Source of the DNA: Nostoc punctiforme PCC 73102
GTDB lineage: Bacteria; Cyanobacteriota; Cyanobacteriia; Cyanobacteriales; Nostocaceae
DNA length: 32,000 nucleotides
Direction: 5' to 3'
Assembly: GCF_000020025.1 (NCBI RefSeq)
Contig: NC_010628.1
Coordinates: forward strand, 5,430,001 to 5,462,000
The translations under genes were made by a program, and so were the position numbers. Position 1 is the stretch's first letter. Each line of letters begins with the position of its first letter. The notes under the pieces are model-generated. The model did not search any database, was not told the origin of the DNA, and worked only from the letters and a program-made list of their open reading frames with translations. Shown piece by piece: positions 27,645 to 32,000 of the stretch.

Positions 27645-28088
27645 TCATAAGACTTCACAACTCCCACCAGCTGCCTCAATTTTGCTACGAGCTGTACCTG
27701 TGAAAGCTGCCGCTTGTACCTTGAGCGGAGTGCTCAATTCGCCGTTACCCAAAATTTTCAATGGCCCTTTGACAGCAGTCAGGATACCTGCTGCTTTCAA
27801 GGAGGCTAAAGTTACTTCCGTATTAGCGGGAAGAGAGGCTAGCTTCTCTACATTAATCGTAGTGTAAATCTTTTGATTAACAATCGGAAAGCCCTTCAGT
27901 TTCGGTAAGCGGCGGTACAATGGCTGTTGACCACCTTCAAAACCGGGTCGAGTACCACTACCAGAACGAGACTTTTGACCCCGCATACCTAGACCAGCAC
28001 TAGCACCTTGACCAGCAGAAATACCTCTGGCTACACGCTTTTTGCGTTTCTTTGAGCCTTTTTGCGGCTTAACATCATGGAGTCTCAT
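27645..28088 (-). CDS. rplO: 50S ribosomal protein L15
   Basis: [37 protein letters not shown] is L15-like. Confidence 0.95.
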   Translation of the reverse strand: MRLHDVKPQKGSKKRKKRVARGISAGQGASAGLGMRGQKSRSGSGTRPGFEGGQQPLYRRLPKLKGFPIVNQKIYTTINVEKLASLPANTEVTLASLKAAGILTAVKGPLKILGNGELSTPLKVQAAAFTGTARSKIEAAGGSCEVL

Positions 28089-28099
28089 AAGTTACCAAG

Positions 28100-28188
28100 T
28101 TGTCATTTTTCGTTTCTCATTTGTCATTTGCCATTACGTAGGTTGTCATTTGTTCAGAACAAAGGACTACTGACTAAGGACAAATGAC
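28100..28188. repeat. Degenerate two-armed heptamer array at the rpsE-rplO junction
   Basis: Left units are ttgtcat / ttctcat / ttgtcat / ttgccat ... ttgtcat. The central palindrome is tttgttc-a-gaacaaa. Right units are aaaggac tactgac taaggac aaatgac. Confidence 0.7.
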
Positions 28189-28191
28189 TAG

Positions 28192-28719
28192 TTAGATGTA
28201 GAGATTTTGAATAGGAATACCGCGATCTTCGGCGACTTCAGAAAGAGTCCGCAATGTAGATAAGGCATTGACTGCTGCTCTAGCATTATTGAGCGGATTG
28301 TTAGAACCAAGTTGCTTGGCTAAGACGTTACGAACTCCTGCCAATTCCAACACAGTCCGCACAGCACCACCAGCAATTACCCCAGTACCAGGTGCGGCTG
28401 GACGCATAATCACTTTTGCACCGCCACCTACACCATCAATGGGATGGGGGATGGAGTTAGATTTTGTGATTGGGATATCAATGAGATGTTTTTTGCCGTC
28501 GGCTACGCCTTTTTTGACTGCACCGATTACATCTGAGGCTTTGCCTACTCCGACACCAACTTGACCGCGTTCGTTACCGACGACAACGATCGCTCGGAAA
28601 CTGAGTTTTTTACCGCCTTTGACGACCTTGCTCACGCGGCGGATTTGGATAACCCGCTCTTGCCAAGTAGTTTCTTCTTTTTTGGCACGCTTTGTTCTAC
28701 TTTTACGCTCTGTTGCCAT
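28192..28719 (-). CDS. rpsE: 30S ribosomal protein S5
   Basis: [34 protein letters not shown] is S5-like. Confidence 0.95.
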   Translation of the reverse strand: MATERKSRTKRAKKEETTWQERVIQIRRVSKVVKGGKKLSFRAIVVVGNERGQVGVGVGKASDVIGAVKKGVADGKKHLIDIPITKSNSIPHPIDGVGGGAKVIMRPAAPGTGVIAGGAVRTVLELAGVRNVLAKQLGSNNPLNNARAAVNALSTLRTLSEVAEDRGIPIQNLYI

Positions 28720-28737
28720 AATTTATGCTCTGGTGAA

Positions 28738-28812
28738 CGTCATTTGTCAGTTGTCATTTGTCATTTGTCTTTTGTCATTTGTCCAATGACTAATGACTAA
28801 TGACCAATGACT
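28738..28812. repeat. Two-armed heptamer array at the rplR-rpsE junction
   Basis: The sequence is cgtcat ttgtcag ttgtcat ttgtcat ttgtctt ttgtcat ttgtcc, abutting aatgact aatgact aatgacc aatgact. It ends at the rplR stop. Confidence 0.9.
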
Positions 28813-29175
28813 TTAGAAATCTAAACCAGCTTCGCGTGCTGCATCAGCTAGGGCTTTGACACGACCATGATATAAGTTACCACCGCGATCGAAGACTACT
28901 TTGGTGATGCCTTTTTCTAGTGATCGCACTGCGATCAACTTACCAACTTGCACCGATGCGTCGCGGTTTGCACCTGACGCTAAACTAGATTTCAACTCTG
29001 GTTCTAAAGTCGATGCTGCCACTATGGTTTGATGCTGACTATCATCAATTACCTGGGCATAAATATGCTCATTAGAACGGAATACTGCTAAACGCGGACG
29101 TTCTGGGGAGCCAACAACTTTGCCACGAACGCGTCGATGACGACGGTTTTTTGATTCTCTACGAGTAAGTTTCAT
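28813..29175 (-). CDS. rplR: 50S ribosomal protein L18
   Basis: [35 protein letters not shown]...[23 protein letters not shown] is L18-like. Confidence 0.95.
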   Translation of the reverse strand: MKLTRRESKNRRHRRVRGKVVGSPERPRLAVFRSNEHIYAQVIDDSQHQTIVAASTLEPELKSSLASGANRDASVQVGKLIAVRSLEKGITKVVFDRGGNLYHGRVKALADAAREAGLDF

Positions 29176-29177
29176 TT

Positions 29178-29726
29178 CTACTTCTTACCACCCTTACCAG
29201 TCTTACCAGCCTTACGTCTTACCACTTCACCGGCATAGCGAATGCCTTTACCTTTGTAAGGTTCTGGTGGACGAACGGCGCGAATTTTTGCGGCTGTGTT
29301 GCCTACGATTTCTTTGTCGTAGCCGCTGACAATCACGTTAGTGGTACCTTCGACTGCAAACTGAATCCCATCTGGTGGTTCAATTTGCACCTGATGGCTG
29401 TAACCCATGTTTAAAACTAGATTACGCCCTTGAAGTTGTGCCCTGTAACCAACACCTTGGATTTCCAAACGGCGTTGAAAACCTTGGGAAACTCCCTCAA
29501 CCATGTTGGCAACTAAAGTTCGGCTCAAGCCGTGCAGTTGCTTTGATGTCCGAGTTTCATCCCGACGATTTACGTGTAATATTTCTCCCTCTTGAGAGAG
29601 TGAGACATTATCTCTGAGAGTGCGAGAAAGTTCTCCTTTCGGGCCTTTCACCACAATATTCGTACCATTGATCGCCACTTGAACTTTGGCGGGAATAGTA
29701 ATTGGACGTTTACCAATACGAGACAT
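29178..29726 (-). CDS. rplF: 50S ribosomal protein L6
   Basis: [34 protein letters not shown] is L6-like. Confidence 0.95.
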   Translation of the reverse strand: MSRIGKRPITIPAKVQVAINGTNIVVKGPKGELSRTLRDNVSLSQEGEILHVNRRDETRTSKQLHGLSRTLVANMVEGVSQGFQRRLEIQGVGYRAQLQGRNLVLNMGYSHQVQIEPPDGIQFAVEGTTNVIVSGYDKEIVGNTAAKIRAVRPPEPYKGKGIRYAGEVVRRKAGKTGKGGKK

Positions 29727-29731
29727 TACTT

Positions 29732-29869
29732 TTTGTCCTTTGTTATTTGCCCTTTGCCTTTTGTTATTTGTCCTTTGTCCTTTGTCTTTTGTCCTTTGTC
29801 TTTCACTAATAACAAATGACTAATGACCAATGACCAATGACTAATGACAAATGACTAATGACCAATGCC
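29732..29869. repeat. Largest two-armed heptamer array, at the rpsH-rplF junction
   Basis: There are 10 left units of TTTG(T/C)(T/C)N type (29732-29801), a loop ttcac (29802-29806), and 9 right units of NAATGAC type (29807-29869). The array fills essentially the whole 142-nt spacer. Confidence 0.9.
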
Positions 29870-30270
29870 TACCAAACGTAACAAAGCACTTCGCCACCCA
29901 AGTTCTGACGACGCGCTTCGCGGTCAGTCATAATTCCACTGGATGTAGAAATAATGGCAATGCCAATGCCGCCTAGTACTCTTGGTAATTCTTTTCTATT
30001 GGAGTAAACACGCAAGCCTGGCTTACTCACTCGCTTTAAGGCGGTGATTAGAGGCTGACGATTCTTACCCTTATATTTCAGGGAAATCACTAGGTTGTGT
30101 TTTACCCCTTCTTCTGCTTCTTCGATTTCAGCAATAAAGCCTTCCTCCCGTAGCACTTTGGCAATGCTGCGGGTCATTTTTGTAGCTGGCACTTGTGTAG
30201 TTTGATGCCGCGCCAGGTTGGCATTGCGGATGCGCGTCAGCATATCTGCAATTGTGTCGTTAGCCGCCAT
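29869..30270 (-). CDS. rpsH: 30S ribosomal protein S8
   Basis: [18 protein letters not shown]...GGEVLCYVW is S8-like. Confidence 0.95.
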   Translation of the reverse strand: MAANDTIADMLTRIRNANLARHQTTQVPATKMTRSIAKVLREEGFIAEIEEAEEGVKHNLVISLKYKGKNRQPLITALKRVSKPGLRVYSNRKELPRVLGGIGIAIISTSSGIMTDREARRQNLGGEVLCYVW

Positions 30271-30290
30271 CGTTCCCTCTATAGATGAAC

Positions 30291-30839
30291 TTACTGATCG
30301 CGAAAGGGCATTCCTAATTCTTTAAGTAAGGCGCGGCCCTCTTCGTCGTTTTTTGCTGTGGTGATGATGGAAATATCCATCCCACGCACTTGATCAACGC
30401 TGTCGTATTCGACTTCTGGAAAAATTAGCTGTTCTCTTACACCCAGAGTATAGTTACCCCGTCCGTCAAAGCTTTTAGGGCTAACGCCACGAAAATCTCG
30501 AATTCTGGGCAGTGATAGGCTAACTAGCCGGTCGAAAAAGGCATACATCCGTTCGGCTCTGAGTGTCACCATGATCCCCACAGGCATCCCTTGACGGATC
30601 TTAAAGCCAGCGATCGCCTTTTTCGCCCGCGTCACCACTGGTTTTTGACCAGTAACAAGCGCAATTTCGTTGATGGATGCTTCCAGCGACTTGGCATTTT
30701 GAGCTGCTTCACCCAAACCTCGGTTAATAGTAACTTTTACCAACTTCGGTACTTGATGAACGTTGGTATATTGAAACTGATTAATCAGTTTGGGGACGAT
30801 TGTCTCTTGATATAAGCTTTTGAGTCTTGTTGTCGCCAT
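30291..30839 (-). CDS. rplE: 50S ribosomal protein L5
   Basis: [40 protein letters not shown] is L5-like. No rpsN lies between rplE and rpsH, as is usual in cyanobacteria. Confidence 0.95.
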   Translation of the reverse strand: MATTRLKSLYQETIVPKLINQFQYTNVHQVPKLVKVTINRGLGEAAQNAKSLEASINEIALVTGQKPVVTRAKKAIAGFKIRQGMPVGIMVTLRAERMYAFFDRLVSLSLPRIRDFRGVSPKSFDGRGNYTLGVREQLIFPEVEYDSVDQVRGMDISIITTAKNDEEGRALLKELGMPFRDQ

Positions 30840-30882
30840 AGTTTTTTGTCCTGATATCCCTGGGCTTGGTCAGGGAACTTTT

Positions 30883-30959
30883 ATTGTCCTTTGTTATTTG
30901 TCCTTTGTCTTTTGTTATTTGTCTTTATAACTAATGACTAATGACCAATGACTAATGAC
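30883..30959. repeat. Two-armed heptamer array at the rplX-rplE junction
   Basis: The left arm is attgtcc tttgtta tttgtcc tttgtct tttgtta tttgtct. The loop is ttataa(c). The right arm is taatgac taatgac caatgac taatgac. The array ends in the rplX stop. Confidence 0.9.
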
Positions 30960-31312
30960 TATTTATCCAGAATCTCGCCAGTTTTTTTAAGTTTTCTGAC
31001 TTTCTTGCCTTCTGAGGTAAAGGTATAACAAACACGACTGGCAACGTTTTGCTTAGTGGAATAAAGCATCACGTTGGAGCTATGAATTGGGAATTCTTGG
31101 GTGACAATCCGCCCTGATTCCCCTTCTTGCTGGGGTTTGACGTGCTTGGTCTTGATGTTGACACCTTTGACGATGACTTTACTCAGTTGGGGAAGTGCCT
31201 GGACAATTTCACCAATTTTTCCTTTGTCTTTACCAGCAATCACTTGTACGGTGTCGCCAGTTTTAACGTGCATTTTGTGGAATACTTTGGGCGTACCCTG
31301 TTTGGTTGCCAT
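30959..31312 (-). CDS. rplX: 50S ribosomal protein L24
   Basis: [25 protein letters not shown] is the KOW motif region of L24. Confidence 0.95.
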   Translation of the reverse strand: MATKQGTPKVFHKMHVKTGDTVQVIAGKDKGKIGEIVQALPQLSKVIVKGVNIKTKHVKPQQEGESGRIVTQEFPIHSSNVMLYSTKQNVASRVCYTFTSEGKKVRKLKKTGEILDK

Positions 31313-31680
31313 TAAAGCACCTCCGGAGCCAGAGAAACAATTTTGGTAAAGTTTTTATCGCGCAGTTCCCGTGCAACTGGGCCAAAAACCCGTGTGCCTC
31401 TAGGATTACCGTCTTTGTTGATAATTACAGCAGCGTTATCATCAAAGCGAATACTCATGCCACTGTCACGAGATACAGCTTTACGAGTGCGGACAATTAC
31501 TGCTTCCACAACATCAGACTTTTTGACAGCCATGTTGGGTGTAGCATCTTTGACAACGGCGATAATTTTATCACCGATAAAACCATAACGACGGTTGCCT
31601 CCGCCTAAAACGCGGATGCACATTAGTTTGCGGGCACCGCTATTATCTGCGACATTCAGGTAAGTCTGGGGTTGAATCAC
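31312..31680 (-). CDS. rplN: 50S ribosomal protein L14
   Basis: [27 protein letters not shown] is L14-like. The start codon is GTG. The stop overlaps the rplX ATG by 1 nt. Confidence 0.95.
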   Translation of the reverse strand: MIQPQTYLNVADNSGARKLMCIRVLGGGNRRYGFIGDKIIAVVKDATPNMAVKKSDVVEAVIVRTRKAVSRDSGMSIRFDDNAAVIINKDGNPRGTRVFGPVARELRDKNFTKIVSLAPEVL

Positions 31681-31726
31681 AATTATTCTCCCTTGTGATG
31701 TTGTTAGAAACTAACAACGATGAGGT

Positions 31727-31975
31727 TTAAGCAGGTTTGATGTTCAGGACTTCTGTGATTTTCCAGCGCTTGGTTTTGCTCAGGGGTCTAGTTTCCTGAA
31801 TGCGAACGCGATCACCTACTTTACACTTATTTTCTTCGTCGTGAACTTTATATCGTTGGGTGTTAACCACAATCTTGCCGTACTTGGGGTGAGGAGCGCG
31901 GTTTTCTATGGCAACCACCACAGTTTTTTGCATTTTATCGCTCACTACCAAGCCAACTCGTTCTTTAACTGCCAT
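31727..31975 (-). CDS. rpsQ: 30S ribosomal protein S17
   Basis: [29 protein letters not shown]...[30 protein letters not shown] is S17-like. Confidence 0.95.
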   Translation of the reverse strand: MAVKERVGLVVSDKMQKTVVVAIENRAPHPKYGKIVVNTQRYKVHDEENKCKVGDRVRIQETRPLSKTKRWKITEVLNIKPA

Positions 31976-31981
31976 AATCTC

Positions 31982-32000
31982 CTACTTTTCTTCTTTAGCC
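31982..32000 (-). CDS. rpmC: Probable 3' end of the L29 gene (partial, runs off the window)
   Basis: The minus-strand reading gives ...AKEEK followed by TAG at 31982-31984, 6 nt upstream of rpsQ. The call rests on conserved operon order only and on too few residues to confirm. Confidence 0.3.

Noticed and set aside
21410-30959. Could the repeat arrays between the ribosomal protein genes be CRISPR arrays?
   Set aside because: The units are only 7 nt and directly tandem, with no unique spacers. No cas genes or leader are present. They fit STRR-type heptamer repeats instead.

Overview
This window looks like a cyanobacterial chromosome segment, probably from a heterocystous Nostoc/Anabaena-type organism. 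That assignment is an inference from three things: about 22 perfect HIP1 octamers (GCGATCGC), STRR-type heptamer arrays, and the gene content. I found no rRNA, tRNA or CRISPR array by eye.

Layout:
- 1-14200: housekeeping and cell-envelope genes. These are a WcaI-like glycosyltransferase, an orphan C5 DNA methyltransferase, deoC, an intact IS5/Harbinger-like insertion sequence, recO, an MFS transporter, a GT1 glycosyltransferase, a metzincin-like protein, secG, gpmI and an ABC-F ATPase.
- 14200-18990: a small accessory island of seven genes between the ABC-F gene and prfA. It holds an Rpn-family PD-(D/E)XK nuclease locus, an HTH protein, an AT-rich orphan gene, a DUF29 gene, and an XRE regulator divergent from an unknown 148-aa gene.
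- 18990-32000: the conserved translation cluster, entirely on the minus strand. Gene order in transcription direction is rpmC(partial)-rpsQ-rplN-rplX-rplE-rpsH-rplF-rplR-rpsE-rplO-secY-adk-infA-rpmJ-rpsM-rpsK-rpoA-rplQ-truA-rplM-rpsI-rpmE-prfA.

Most notable observations:
1. The Rpn-family nuclease gene is followed, in the same reading frame after a single TAG, by an ORF built from two further copies of the nuclease's own C-terminal module. That ORF has its own strong SD. I read this as a candidate split toxin/antitoxin-like arrangement.
2. Six intergenic spacers of the ribosomal-protein cluster consist almost entirely of two-armed, hairpin-forming heptamer arrays. These arrays also supply SD-like AAAGGA elements, start codons and parts of coding ends.
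3. The IS sits inside one such array, and excising it restores a perfect (CTAATGA)3.
4. A heptamer tract lies in frame inside recO.

All functional calls rest on motif recognition in the supplied translations. No database search was possible.
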